A stretch of DNA of 64,000 bases from Geminicoccaceae bacterium (GTDB taxonomy: Bacteria; Pseudomonadota; Alphaproteobacteria; Geminicoccales; Geminicoccaceae). The notes beneath the pieces are model-generated. The model did no database searches, was not told where the DNA came from, and saw only the letters and a list, made by a program, of their open reading frames with translations. This document shows positions 18,712-34,652 of this stretch, one piece after another; positions within the stretch are counted from its first letter, which is position 1, and every line of letters starts with the position of its first letter. Both the position numbers and the translations under genes were made by a program. The stretch is taken from positions 6,002 through 70,001 of the forward strand of contig JBHJHH010000032.1 in the NCBI GenBank assembly GCA_050331015.1. The letters run 5' to 3'.

Positions 18712-19608
18712 TCAATCGGCGTCCGCGTCCGGTTCGGCTTTCAGGGCCAAAGCGCGCCGGTACACCTCCTTGCGCGGCCGGCCGCTCGCCTGGGCCAGCT
18801 CGGCGGCGGCCACGCTGGGTGACACCTCGCGCAAACGGGCGCGCAACGCGTCATCGAGCGCGGCATCGGACAGGCCGACGGCCGCTTGCGGCGGGCCGAT
18901 CAGGACGACGATCTCGCCCTTGGGCGGCGGTGCTTTGGCATAGGCGGCGGCGAGCGCATCGAGCGTGCTGCGCCGGAGCTCCTCGTGCCGCTTGGTCAGC
19001 TCGCGCGCGATCGCCGCCTCGCGTGCGCCCAACAGCTCATGGGCATCGTGCAGCATGGCGGCCAGGCGCGGGCCGGTTTCGTAGAACACCAGCGTCGCGC
19101 CGATCGGCTTGAGCGCATCGAGCGCCTGGCGCCGGGCTGCCGATTTCGGCGGCAGAAAGCCGGCAAACAGAAAGCGATCGCTGGGCAGGCCGGCGATGCT
19201 CATGGCCGCGATCGCCGCCGATGGCCCGGGCACGCTGACGACGCGATGGCCGGCGTCCTGCGCGGCGCGTACCAGCCGGTAGCCGGGATCGGAAATCAGC
19301 GGCGTGCCGGCGTCGGCGATCAGCGCCAGGGTCCGGCCCTGCTCGAGGACCTCCAGCAAGGTCGGCAGACGCTCGGCGGCATTGTGCTCGTGATAGCTGA
19401 TCAGCGGCGTGGCAATGCCAAAGCGGCGCAGGAACGGCCCGCTGACGCGGGTGTCCTCGCAGGCGATCAGATCCACGCTTTGCAGCGTCTCGAGCGCACG
19501 CGGCGTGACGTCACCCAAATTGCCAATGGGCGTGGCCACGACATGGAGAACAGCCGTGCGTTGTTCTGTGTCGTTCGCATCGCTAGGCTCTGGGATGTCG
19601 TCGGTCAT
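18712..19608 (-). CDS. rsmI: 16S rRNA (cytidine1402-2'-O)-methyltransferase
   Basis: Motifs LHVVATPIGNLGD, IACEDTR, DAGTPLISDPG and FYE..PR, with a C-terminal HTH-like tail. Internal ATG 19608 (MTDDIPEP). Confidence 0.9.
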   Translation of the reverse strand: MTDDIPEPSDANDTEQRTAVLHVVATPIGNLGDVTPRALETLQSVDLIACEDTRVSGPFLRRFGIATPLISYHEHNAAERLPTLLEVLEQGRTLALIADAGTPLISDPGYRLVRAAQDAGHRVVSVPGPSAAIAAMSIAGLPSDRFLFAGFLPPKSAARRQALDALKPIGATLVFYETGPRLAAMLHDAHELLGAREAAIARELTKRHEELRRSTLDALAAAYAKAPPPKGEIVVLIGPPQAAVGLSDAALDDALRARLREVSPSVAAAELAQASGRPRKEVYRRALALKAEPDADAD

Positions 19609-19664
19609 GCGCGTTGCCGCCTCAGGCCGCCGTGGTCCGCCCGTTGTCGCTATCGAGGTCTGCC

Positions 19665-20864
19665 GTGCGCCCGTTCGTCGTCGCCAACATCGTTGCCGGT
19701 CTGGCTCTCCTGGCCGGCTGCGAGCCCGGGCCGCTGCCGAGCCCGAGCCCGAGCACGCCAACAACGGCGCCGGCGCCCGAGCCTGCCACGCCGCTACGCG
19801 AGGCCGACGGCACGGTCAAGGTCGGCTTGCTGTTGCCGCTGAGCGGCGACGCCGCGCCGATCGGTGCCGATCTGCTGGCCGCTGCCCAGCTCGCTTTGCA
19901 GGATCTGGATGGCGCACCGCTCGCCTTGCTGCCCAAGGACACCGGCGGCACGGCGCAAGGGGCCGGCGAGGCGGCGCAGGCGGTGCTGGCCGAGGGCGCC
20001 GGGCTGATCCTGGGGCCGTTGTTTTCCCAGGCGGTCGAGGGCGCCGCCCCGCATGCCCGCGCGCGCGCTGTCAACGTGATTGCCCTGTCGAATTCGGCCA
20101 CGGTCGCCGGTGACGGCGTCTATATCCTCGGCTACCGGCCGGACGAACAGGTCGCCCGCGTGGTCGGCTATGCCGTCGACCAGGGGCTGAGCCGCATCGC
20201 CGGTCTTGGCCCGCGTGATGCCTATGGCGATCTCGCGCTCGATGCCCTGCGCGCCAATATCGGCCGCGCCGGCGGCGAGCTCGGCCCGGTGCTGACCTAT
20301 GGCAGCGACACCGCCGAACAGGCCGACGTCATCCGCGAGGCGGCGCTTGGCGGCGGCGGCGCGCCGTTCAACGCCATGCTCATCGCGGACGGCGGCGTGC
20401 AGCTGCGCTCGGTCGCCTCGCTGCTCGGCTATTACGATCTCGATGCCAGCGTCGTGCGCTATCTGGGCACCATGCGCTGGCTGAGCGATCCGGCCAATCT
20501 CACCGATCCGTACCTGCAGGATGCCTGGCTGGCGGCGCCCGATCCGACCAGGCAGGCGCAGTTCGCTGCCCGTTTCGTCAACACCTTCGGCCGCGAGCCG
20601 CACGAGGCCGCCAGCCTCGCCTATGACGCCACCATGCTGGCGGCCGCCTTGGCCGATGATCCGGCCTTTCCGGCGCAAACCCCGGCGCTGTTGCTCGATG
20701 CCGGCGGGCACGAGGGCGCTTATGGCCGCTTTCGCCTGCGCGCCGACGGCCTCAATCAGCGCGCGCTCGCCGTGCTGGCCATCGAACAGGGCCAGTTGCG
20801 CGTCATCGATGCGCCGCCGGCCAGCTTCGACGAGCGCTTCGCCAGCGCGACGAATCGACCTTGA
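19665..20864 (+). CDS. LpoA-like penicillin-binding-protein activator / periplasmic-binding-fold lipoprotein
   Basis: Divergent from rsmI, as for lpoA. The in-frame GTG 19665 gives a clean lipoprotein signal (VRPFVVANIVAGLALLAGC). The body resembles Leu/Ile/Val-binding-type periplasmic proteins. ORF-track start TTG 19614 is the alternative. Confidence 0.7.
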   Translation: MRPFVVANIVAGLALLAGCEPGPLPSPSPSTPTTAPAPEPATPLREADGTVKVGLLLPLSGDAAPIGADLLAAAQLALQDLDGAPLALLPKDTGGTAQGAGEAAQAVLAEGAGLILGPLFSQAVEGAAPHARARAVNVIALSNSATVAGDGVYILGYRPDEQVARVVGYAVDQGLSRIAGLGPRDAYGDLALDALRANIGRAGGELGPVLTYGSDTAEQADVIREAALGGGGAPFNAMLIADGGVQLRSVASLLGYYDLDASVVRYLGTMRWLSDPANLTDPYLQDAWLAAPDPTRQAQFAARFVNTFGREPHEAASLAYDATMLAAALADDPAFPAQTPALLLDAGGHEGAYGRFRLRADGLNQRALAVLAIEQGQLRVIDAPPASFDERFASATNRP

Positions 20865-21031
20865 GCCGGGGGCACCGGCTTCTGGCCCGAGCTGGCGAAA
20901 TCGCCGAAAAACATAAGAATGTCCGCATGTTATGCGGCGCAGCACGGGCTCGGCACCGGGCCAGATTTACACTTCAAAGCGTGTCAAATGTCGCCTGTGC
21001 CTCACTTGAAGGCCGCTGATCACAGGGTTAG

Positions 21032-22054
<1,023 letters not shown>

Positions 22055-22124
22055 TTTTTGGATTCGGGGCGCTTTTGTCGGGCGTCTCGGTCCATTTGAT
22101 CTTGTGAGGGACTGGGACTGAAGC

Positions 22125-24169
<2,045 letters not shown>

Positions 24170-24259
24170 GGTAAGATGCAGGGCGGGCCGGTCGCTTACC
24201 AGCCGAGCGCCGGCTCGCCTGTGATCACTGGGAGCTGGTGACTTTACGGACACAAAAAC

Positions 24260-27133
<2,874 letters not shown>

Positions 27134-27175
27134 GGCAAGCTGCCGGGAACGTTCGAGCATTTGGGAGGAAGGTCA

Positions 27176-28417
27176 GTGGAAATCCGCGTGCCCACATTGG
27201 GCGAGTCCGTCACGGAAGCGACGGTGGCCAAGTGGTTCAAGCAGGTGGGTGAGGCGGTCGCCGCCGACGAGCCGGTGGTCGAACTGGAGACCGACAAGGT
27301 CAGCCTGGAAGTGCCCGCCCCGGCCGCCGGTGTCTTGAAAGAGGTCAGCGCCGGCGAGGGCGACGAGGTCGAGGTCGGTGCGCTGCTCGGCATGATCGAG
27401 GCCGGTGCCACCGCCGAGGCCGCGCCCGCCAAGGAAGCGCCGCAGCAAGACGCCCCGGCCGAAGCGCCCGCCGCCGGCGGCAATGGTCAGGCAGCGCCGG
27501 CCCAGGCCGAGGGCCAGCCGGCCGCAGCCGGCGGTGACGCCCCGGTCATGCCGGCGGCCGCCAAGATCGCCGCGGAAAAGGGCGTCGATCCGCAAAGCGT
27601 CGCTCCGAGCGGCCCGAAGGGTCACGTCACCAAGGGCGATGTCCTGCAGGCACCGACCGGCGCGAGCGCGCCGGCTCAAGCCCCTGCCCAGGCACCGGCC
27701 CAGGCGCCGGTCGCGCAAGGCCGCGAGGAGCGGGTCAAGATGACCCGTCTGCGTCGCCGCATCGCCGAGCGCCTGAAAGAGGCGCAGAACACGGCCGCCA
27801 TGCTGACGACCTTCAACGAGGTCGACATGAAGCCGGTCAGCGACCTGCGCAAGCACTACCAGGATGACTTCGTCAAGAAGCACGGCATCAAGCTCGGCTT
27901 CATGTCGTTCTTTGTCAAAGCGGTGATCGACGCGCTCAAGACCTTCCCGGCGGTCAACGCCGAGATCGACGGCGATGAGGTCGTCTACAAATACTACTAC
28001 GACATCGGTGTCGCCGTCGGCACGCCGCAGGGCCTGGTCGTGCCGATCGTGCGCAATGCCGATCAGCTCAGCCTGGCCGGCATCGAGAACGGCATCGCCG
28101 AGCTCGGCAAGAAAGCGCGCGACGGCAAGCTCGCCATGGAAGACATGATGGGCGGCACGTTCACCATCTCCAATGGCGGCGTCTACGGCTCGATGCTGAG
28201 CACGCCGATCCTCAACCCGCCGCAGGTCGGCATTCTGGGCATGCACAACATGGTCCAGCGGCCGGTGGTGGTGAACGGCCAGATCGAGATCCGGCCGATC
28301 ATGTTCCTGGCCCTGTCCTACGATCACCGCATCATCGACGGCAAGGAGGCGGTCAGCTTCCTGGTGCGCGTCAAGCAGTGCATCGAAGACCCGCAGCGCA
28401 TGCTGCTCGACGTCTGA
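27176..28417 (+). CDS. sucB: Dihydrolipoyllysine-residue succinyltransferase (E2o)
   Basis: GTG 27176 follows a GGGAGGAAGG RBS. It has a lipoyl domain ([14 protein letters not shown]), Ala/Pro linkers and the catalytic DHRIIDG motif. Confidence 0.9.
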   Translation: MEIRVPTLGESVTEATVAKWFKQVGEAVAADEPVVELETDKVSLEVPAPAAGVLKEVSAGEGDEVEVGALLGMIEAGATAEAAPAKEAPQQDAPAEAPAAGGNGQAAPAQAEGQPAAAGGDAPVMPAAAKIAAEKGVDPQSVAPSGPKGHVTKGDVLQAPTGASAPAQAPAQAPAQAPVAQGREERVKMTRLRRRIAERLKEAQNTAAMLTTFNEVDMKPVSDLRKHYQDDFVKKHGIKLGFMSFFVKAVIDALKTFPAVNAEIDGDEVVYKYYYDIGVAVGTPQGLVVPIVRNADQLSLAGIENGIAELGKKARDGKLAMEDMMGGTFTISNGGVYGSMLSTPILNPPQVGILGMHNMVQRPVVVNGQIEIRPIMFLALSYDHRIIDGKEAVSFLVRVKQCIEDPQRMLLDV

Positions 28418-28677
28418 TCGGCCGGTAACGCATGGGGGGACAGCCGACCTCCCCGTTTGGATGGGTACAAAATGTCCTGTGCGCTCTCGCCTCCTTGTTC
28501 GGGGCGCGGCCACAGGGCATGTCTGCGGCGGTTGCGCCGCCCGGCCCACGCTCTGTCAACCAGCCGCGAGCAACCGAGCCCGATGCACCCGATCAGCCCA
28601 GCAGCGCGCCCGCACCGCAACGAGAGCCGCCCGCGGCAGCCACACCCCGACCTGAAGCACAACCAGAGGAACCGGCC

Positions 28678-30087
28678 ATGAGCGATCAGCCCTTCGACGT
28701 CGTCGTCATTGGTGGCGGACCGGGCGGCTATGTCTGCGCCATTCGCGCAGCCCAGCTCGGCCTGAAGACCGCCTGCATCGAAAAGCGCGGTGCGCTCGGC
28801 GGCACCTGCCTCAATGTCGGCTGCATCCCGTCCAAGGCGCTGCTGCATTCCTCCGAGCTGTTCGAGGAAGCCCGGCACGGCCTGGGCGGTCACGGCATCA
28901 AGGTCGGCTCGGTCGAGCTCGATCTGGACGCCATGCTCAACAACAAGGACAAGGTGGTCAAAGACCTGACCAGCGGCATCGAGTTCCTGTTCAAGAAAAA
29001 CAAGGTCACCTACATCAAGGGCCACGGCACCCTGAGCGCGCCTGGCACGATCCAGGTGCAGCTCACCGACGGCGGCGAGCAGACGGTCTCGGCCAAGAAC
29101 ATCGTCATCGCCACCGGCTCCGAGGTCATGCCGCTGCCGGGCGTCGAGATCGACGAGGAACGCATCGTGTCCTCGACCGGCGCGCTCGATCTGGACGAGG
29201 TGCCCGAGCACATGGTGGTCATCGGTGGTGGCTATATCGGCTTGGAAATGGGCACGGTCTGGCGCCGGCTCGGTTCGAACGTGACCGTGGTCGAATTCCT
29301 CGACCGGATCACGCCGGGCATGGACGGCGACGTCTCCAAGCAGTTCCAGCGCATCCTCGCCAAGCAGGGCATCGAGTTCAGGCTCGGCACCAAGGTCACC
29401 GGCGTCGACAGCTCGGGCAATCGCCTCAAGGTGCAGCTCGAGCCGGCCAAGGGCGGCGACAGCGAGAGCATGGAAACCGACGTCGTGCTCGTGTCGATCG
29501 GCCGGCGGCCCTATACTGACGGCCTCGGCCTCGAGGCGGTCGGCGTGCAGCTCGATGAGCGCAAGCGCATCAAGGTCGACGGCCATCTGCGCACCGGTGT
29601 CGACGGCATCTACGCCATCGGCGATGTCATCGACGGGCCGATGCTGGCGCATAAGGCCGAGGAAGAGGGCGTCATGGTCGCCGAGCAGATCGCCGGCCAG
29701 AAGCCGCACATCAATTACGACGCCATCCCGGCGGTGGTCTACACCTACCCCGAGGTCGCCAGCGTCGGCAAAACCGAAGAGCAGCTCAAGGATGCCGGCG
29801 TCAAATACCGCGCCGGCAAGTTCCCGTTCACGGCCAATTCGCGCGCCCGCTCGGTCGGCCTGACCGACGGTTTCGTCAAGATCCTGGCCGATGCCGAGAC
29901 CGACAAGATCCTCGGTGCGCACATCATGGGGCCGGAGGCCGGCACGATGATCGCCGAGCTGGCTTTGGCCATGGAATTCGGTGCCTCCAGCGAGGATGTC
30001 GCGCGCACTTGCCACCCGCATCCGACCTTGGAAGAGGCGGTCAAGGAAGCGGCCCTCGCCGCCCACGGCTCACCGATCCATATCTGA
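28678..30087 (+). CDS. lpdA: Dihydrolipoyl dehydrogenase (E3)
   Basis: Internal ATG 28678 ([18 protein letters not shown]), redox-active [13 protein letters not shown] and C-terminal HPHPTL.E. The upstream in-frame Pro-rich stretch has poor third-position GC. Confidence 0.9.
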   Translation: MSDQPFDVVVIGGGPGGYVCAIRAAQLGLKTACIEKRGALGGTCLNVGCIPSKALLHSSELFEEARHGLGGHGIKVGSVELDLDAMLNNKDKVVKDLTSGIEFLFKKNKVTYIKGHGTLSAPGTIQVQLTDGGEQTVSAKNIVIATGSEVMPLPGVEIDEERIVSSTGALDLDEVPEHMVVIGGGYIGLEMGTVWRRLGSNVTVVEFLDRITPGMDGDVSKQFQRILAKQGIEFRLGTKVTGVDSSGNRLKVQLEPAKGGDSESMETDVVLVSIGRRPYTDGLGLEAVGVQLDERKRIKVDGHLRTGVDGIYAIGDVIDGPMLAHKAEEEGVMVAEQIAGQKPHINYDAIPAVVYTYPEVASVGKTEEQLKDAGVKYRAGKFPFTANSRARSVGLTDGFVKILADAETDKILGAHIMGPEAGTMIAELALAMEFGASSEDVARTCHPHPTLEEAVKEAALAAHGSPIHI

Positions 30088-30093
30088 GACAAG

Positions 30094-30128
30094 CCGCGGG
30101 CTCTCACGCTCCGTGTGGGAGCCCGCGG
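30094..30128 (+). terminator. Terminator-like hairpin after lpdA
   Basis: CCGCGGGCTC-(15 nt)-GAGCCCGCGG forms a 10-bp stem between convergent lpdA and the ADH gene. The T-tract is weak. Confidence 0.45.
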
Positions 30129-30150
30129 GTCGACGTGAACAAGCGGTGGT

Positions 30151-31206
30151 TTACGCTGGAGCTTCGACCAGGATCTTGATCTGCGATTTTTCGGCAACCA
30201 GCGCCTCGAAGCCATCGCGGACGATGTCGTCGAGCGCGATGCGCTTGGTTACCAGCTTTTCGGCCGAGTAATAGCCCTGCTCCATGAGGGCCATGACCGC
30301 GGGGTAGACGTTGCGGTAGGCAATCGTCCCCTTGATGTCGCGCTCGCGCAAGACCACCGTGTTTGGCTGGAAACCGGCCTGGGTTTCCCAAATCGAGACG
30401 ATGATGGTCTGGCCCTCGTACCGAGTCGACTCAATCGATTGTGGCAAGACCGCCGGCACACCGGTGACCTCAAAAGCAACGTCGACCCCGCTTAGTGTGC
30501 GATCACGAATCGCCTCGACCGGATCATCGACAGTCGGATCGAACGCCGCCGTCGCACCGAGGGCCAGCGCCTTTTGCCGGCGCGTTTCGGACGGTTCGAC
30601 GACGTAGATCTCTGAGGCGCCGGCGATGCGCAACGACTCGACGACAAGCAGCCCGATCGGTCCGGCGCCGAACACGGCGGCCTTGTCACCGGCCTTTAGT
30701 GCGCTGATGCGTATGGCATGCAGCGCGACGGCAGCGGGCTCGACCACGGCGCCCTGCTCGATGGACAGGCTGTCAGGCATTTTGTGCACCATCCGCGCCG
30801 GCACGACCGAATAGGTGGCAAAACCGCCATAGCCGCCTGAAAGTCCGACAAAGCCGAGCTTCTCGCACAGATTGTATTTGCCATTGCGACAGGGCGCGCA
30901 GGCTTCACAGGCGAAAATCGGCTCGATCGCCACGCGATCACCAACAGCCAGGCCGGTTACGCCGTCGCCGAGGTCGACGACCTCTCCACAGTACTCGTGG
31001 CCCATGACGATCGGCGCCTTGTCATGGCTCAACGGGTGGTTCTCAGCAACTGGGACGAAGATCGGCCCAGCGAGATACTCGTGGAGATCGCTGCCGCAGA
31101 TTCCAGTCCAGGCAACTTTGATTTTGACTTGACCCGCGTCCGGCATAGGGTCGTCAATCGTCTCGACGCGAATGTCCTTCGCGCCGTGCCAGCGTGCTGC
31201 TTTCAT
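30151..31206 (-). CDS. Zn-dependent alcohol dehydrogenase, 2,3-butanediol dehydrogenase-like
   Basis: Internal ATG 31206 (MKAARWHG...). Carries GICGSDLHEY, GHEYCGEV and the structural-Zn Cys cluster CEACAPCRNGKYNLC. Confidence 0.8.
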   Translation of the reverse strand: MKAARWHGAKDIRVETIDDPMPDAGQVKIKVAWTGICGSDLHEYLAGPIFVPVAENHPLSHDKAPIVMGHEYCGEVVDLGDGVTGLAVGDRVAIEPIFACEACAPCRNGKYNLCEKLGFVGLSGGYGGFATYSVVPARMVHKMPDSLSIEQGAVVEPAAVALHAIRISALKAGDKAAVFGAGPIGLLVVESLRIAGASEIYVVEPSETRRQKALALGATAAFDPTVDDPVEAIRDRTLSGVDVAFEVTGVPAVLPQSIESTRYEGQTIIVSIWETQAGFQPNTVVLRERDIKGTIAYRNVYPAVMALMEQGYYSAEKLVTKRIALDDIVRDGFEALVAEKSQIKILVEAPA

Positions 31207-31242
31207 TGCTTGCCTCCCAGTTATACGCACAGGCAGAACTAT

Positions 31243-31277
31243 GTCGCCAAGTCGTATCGGAGGCAATGCTTGGCGAC
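31243..31277. promoter_or_regulatory. 9-bp inverted repeat (candidate operator) upstream of the ADH gene
   Basis: GTCGCCAAG-N17-CTTGGCGAC is flanked on both sides by AGAACT. It lies 37-71 nt upstream of ATG 31206. Confidence 0.3.
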
Positions 31278-31430
31278 AGAACTCAACGTCTTCTGAGCAC
31301 AAGTCGATGGGGCGGCGCCTGTCGCCCGGACGAGGCCGGTTGTTGAGATCGCTTGTCCGCTTTATTGTTGCGTCGCAGCGCGAAATTCAGCGGCGCGCAA
31401 GATCCCAGACTAGAGAGCTGGTGCGGCAAG

Positions 31431-34400
31431 CTACTCCGCCGGAACCGGCTTTGCGCCAGGGGCGCCGGTGGCATTCGGGCCGGTGTCCACCTTGGCGGCT
31501 CGTTTGGCGCCGGCGGCGGCGAGCACCAGGCTGAGCAGCGGCGGGATCAGTAACAGGGTCAGCACGGCGGAGAGTGACAGGCCGCCGACCACGACCGAGC
31601 CCAGGCCGCGATAGAGCTCCGAGCCGGCGCCCGGAAACAGCACCAGCGGCAGCATGCCGACCACGCTGGTCAGCGTGCTCATGAAGATCGGCCGGATGCG
31701 GTTGCGCACGCTCTCCTGGATGGCGGCGACCCGGTCCATGCCCTCCTCGCGCATGTGATACAGCGTCTGGTGCACGACCAGGATGGCGTTGTTGACCACG
31801 ATGCCGACCAGAATGACGAAGCCGAGCAGCGTCAACATGTCGAGCGCCTGGTATTTGGAGATGTTCAAGATGGCCAGGCCGGCGATGCCACCGGCGGCGG
31901 CCACCGGCACCGAGACCAGGATGACCAGCGGGTAGATGAAGCTCTCGAACAAGACCGCCATGACCAGATAGACGATCGCCACGGCGAGGATCAGGTTGAT
32001 CACCAGGGCATCGAAGGTCTGGGTCAGCTTGTCGGCCGTGCCGGTCAGCTGCATGGTCACGCCCGGCGGCAGGCCCTGCTCGCGCAGCGGCCCGATCACC
32101 TGGCTTTCCAGGATGTCCATGGCCTGCTCGAGCGGTAGCTGGTTGGCCGGGCGGATTTCCAGCGTGACCGTGCGCTCGCGCTCCTTGTGGCGGATTTCGG
32201 TCGGCCCGGCGGTGACGCGGACATCGGCCAGCGCGTTGGCCGGCAGAATCTGGCCGGACGCGGTGACCACCGGCAGCGCGCCGATGCTCTGGGTGCGCTC
32301 GTTCTCGGTTTCCGGGCCCTGCAAGGTCAGATCGATGCGCTTGCCGTCGACGGTGATCTCGGCGACGCGCAGGCCATCGTTGAAGGCGTCCACCGAGCTG
32401 GCCAGCGTGCGCGCGCTGATGCCGGCATCGGACAGGCGCACGCGATCGGGGAACAGGCGCACTTCCGGCGCGCCCAGCTCGAGACCGGGCTGCGGCCGGA
32501 GCTGGTGGCCGTCCTCGCGCGGCAGGATGCCGGAGATCATGCCGGCGGCCTGCTGGGCGACGCCGAGGATTTCCGCCAGATCGGCGCCGCGGATGTCGAC
32601 ATCGATCGAGCGCCCGCCGCCGATGCCGCGGCCGAAGATCGATGGCTGGGTGAGAAAGCCGAAGGTGCCCGGCTCGGCGAAGATCGGTCCGGACAAGGGT
32701 CCGATCAGCTCGCCGGCGCGGCCCTCTTCCACCGCCGAGGCGCCCAGAAAGGTCGTACCGCGGCGGGCGACGAAAAAGAAATGGCGGATTTTCGGCGGCT
32801 CGCCGATGTCGGACTCCGGTCCGGTCTCGCTCGCCCAGAGCGGCCGCGAGGCGTTCTCGACCCGCTCGGCGATCTCGGTGGTGGTCGCCAGATTGTAGCC
32901 GGGCGGTGGCAGGACGACGCCGAACACCAGGTTGCGGTTGCCTTCGGGCAGGTATTCCAGCTTGGGCAAGAAGGCGTAGGCACCGACGGCGGCCGTGCCG
33001 ACCACGCTGGCGACGACCACGATCGACAAAGTCTTCGAGGCGACGATGCGCTTGTTCAGGGCCATGATCCCGCCGGCAAAGGCGGCGGCGAGGTCGTCGA
33101 GCACCGGAATGCGCCGCTTGACGGCACTGTCCTCGATATGGGCACCGCTGAGCAGTCGGCTGGACAGCGCCGGAATGACCGTCACGGCGACGAGCAGCGA
33201 CAGGGTCACGGCCACGGAAATCGCCACGGCGATGTCGCGGAACAGCTGGCCGACCTCGAGCTGCATGGTCAAGATCGGGATGAACACCATGACCGTGGTC
33301 AGCGCCGAGACGAGCACGGCCCCCCAGACCTGCTGCGCGCCCTTGTAGGCCGCTTCCGGTGCGCTGTAGCCGCGCTGGCGCAGGCGGAAGATGTTTTCCA
33401 GCACGACGATGGCGGCATCGACCACCATGCCGACGGCAAAGGCGATGCCGGCCAGGGAAATGACGTTGATCGAGCGGCCCATGGCGGCCATGGCCACGAA
33501 GGAGGCGATCACCGAGACGGGAATGGCGATCGAGACGATCAGCGTGGCGCCGCCGGAGCGCAGGAACAGCAGCAGGATGATCGCCGCCATCGTGCCGCCG
33601 ATATAGATGTTCTGGATGACCAGATTGATGGCGCTGTCGATGTAGACGGTCTCGTCATAGACCTGTTCGATGGTCAGCCCTTGGCTTGGCAGCTCGCGCT
33701 CCTGCAGCTCGGCGACCGCCTCGCGGATGCCGGCCATCGTTTCGATGACGTTGGCGCCGACCTCGCGCGTGGCATTCATCGCCAGGGCGCTTTCGCCGAG
33801 CACGCGGATCTCGGCGCCCGGATCCTTGAAGGCGAAGGCGACATCGCCGACGTCGCGCACAAGCACGCGGCCGAGCCGGCCCGAGGTCTCGTCGGTAAAC
33901 GAGCGCAGGACGATGTCCTGCACCTGCTCGACAGTGTGCAGCTCGCCCTCGGTGCGCACGACATAGCGGCGCTTGCCCTCTTCGACGTCGCCGGCGGACG
34001 CCGAGACATTGGCCGCGCGCAAGGCGTCGACCACGGCCGGCACGGTCAGGCCGTAGCGGGCCATCCGCTCGGGATCGACGGTGATGCGCAGCTCGCGCTC
34101 GCTGCCGCCGAAGAAATTGGTGCCGCCGACGCCGGGCACCCGCTCGACGCGTTCCTGGATGACGTCTTCGATGAAGTCGCCGAACTGGTGGATCGGCCTT
34201 GTATTGCCCGCCTCGCGCTTGATGATGAACCAAGCAATCGCGTTGTCTTCGCTGCCCGAGGTGTTCAGTGTCGGCTCGTCCGCCTCGTCCGGGTAGTTGC
34301 TGACCCGATCGAGACGGTTGGCGACGAGCAGCAGCGCGCGGTCCATATTGGTGCTGACCGAGAACTCCAGGGTGACGTCGGCCTGGCCATCCTCGGACTG

Positions 34401-34646
34401 CGAGCGCATTTCCTCGAGGCCTTCGAGGCCCTTGAGCACCTCTTCTTGCTTGTTGACGATCTCGCGCTCGACCTCGGCCGGCGAGGCGCCGGCCCATTGT
34501 GTCTCGATGCGGATGATCGGCCGCGAGACATCCGGGGCAAGCTGGATCGGAATGCTCATCAACGCGACATAGCCGAACATGACGGCCATGAGCACGGCGG
34601 CGATGACGGCGATCGGCCGTTCGATGGCGACGCGGATCAGATCCAT
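31431..34646 (-). CDS. RND efflux transporter (AcrB/HAE1-like)
   Basis: 1071 aa with 12-TM architecture and two large periplasmic loops. Typical N-terminus MDLIRVAIERPIAV. Confidence 0.9.
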   Translation of the reverse strand: MDLIRVAIERPIAVIAAVLMAVMFGYVALMSIPIQLAPDVSRPIIRIETQWAGASPAEVEREIVNKQEEVLKGLEGLEEMRSQSEDGQADVTLEFSVSTNMDRALLLVANRLDRVSNYPDEADEPTLNTSGSEDNAIAWFIIKREAGNTRPIHQFGDFIEDVIQERVERVPGVGGTNFFGGSERELRITVDPERMARYGLTVPAVVDALRAANVSASAGDVEEGKRRYVVRTEGELHTVEQVQDIVLRSFTDETSGRLGRVLVRDVGDVAFAFKDPGAEIRVLGESALAMNATREVGANVIETMAGIREAVAELQERELPSQGLTIEQVYDETVYIDSAINLVIQNIYIGGTMAAIILLLFLRSGGATLIVSIAIPVSVIASFVAMAAMGRSINVISLAGIAFAVGMVVDAAIVVLENIFRLRQRGYSAPEAAYKGAQQVWGAVLVSALTTVMVFIPILTMQLEVGQLFRDIAVAISVAVTLSLLVAVTVIPALSSRLLSGAHIEDSAVKRRIPVLDDLAAAFAGGIMALNKRIVASKTLSIVVVASVVGTAAVGAYAFLPKLEYLPEGNRNLVFGVVLPPPGYNLATTTEIAERVENASRPLWASETGPESDIGEPPKIRHFFFVARRGTTFLGASAVEEGRAGELIGPLSGPIFAEPGTFGFLTQPSIFGRGIGGGRSIDVDIRGADLAEILGVAQQAAGMISGILPREDGHQLRPQPGLELGAPEVRLFPDRVRLSDAGISARTLASSVDAFNDGLRVAEITVDGKRIDLTLQGPETENERTQSIGALPVVTASGQILPANALADVRVTAGPTEIRHKERERTVTLEIRPANQLPLEQAMDILESQVIGPLREQGLPPGVTMQLTGTADKLTQTFDALVINLILAVAIVYLVMAVLFESFIYPLVILVSVPVAAAGGIAGLAILNISKYQALDMLTLLGFVILVGIVVNNAILVVHQTLYHMREEGMDRVAAIQESVRNRIRPIFMSTLTSVVGMLPLVLFPGAGSELYRGLGSVVVGGLSLSAVLTLLLIPPLLSLVLAAAGAKRAAKVDTGPNATGAPGAKPVPAE

Positions 34647-34652
34647 GGCGCT

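Noticed and set aside
28432-28677. 82-codon in-frame N-terminal extension of lpdA
   Set aside because: Third-position GC drops markedly compared with lpdA. The Pro-rich sequence has no Lpd counterpart, and [17 protein letters not shown] is the canonical N-terminus.
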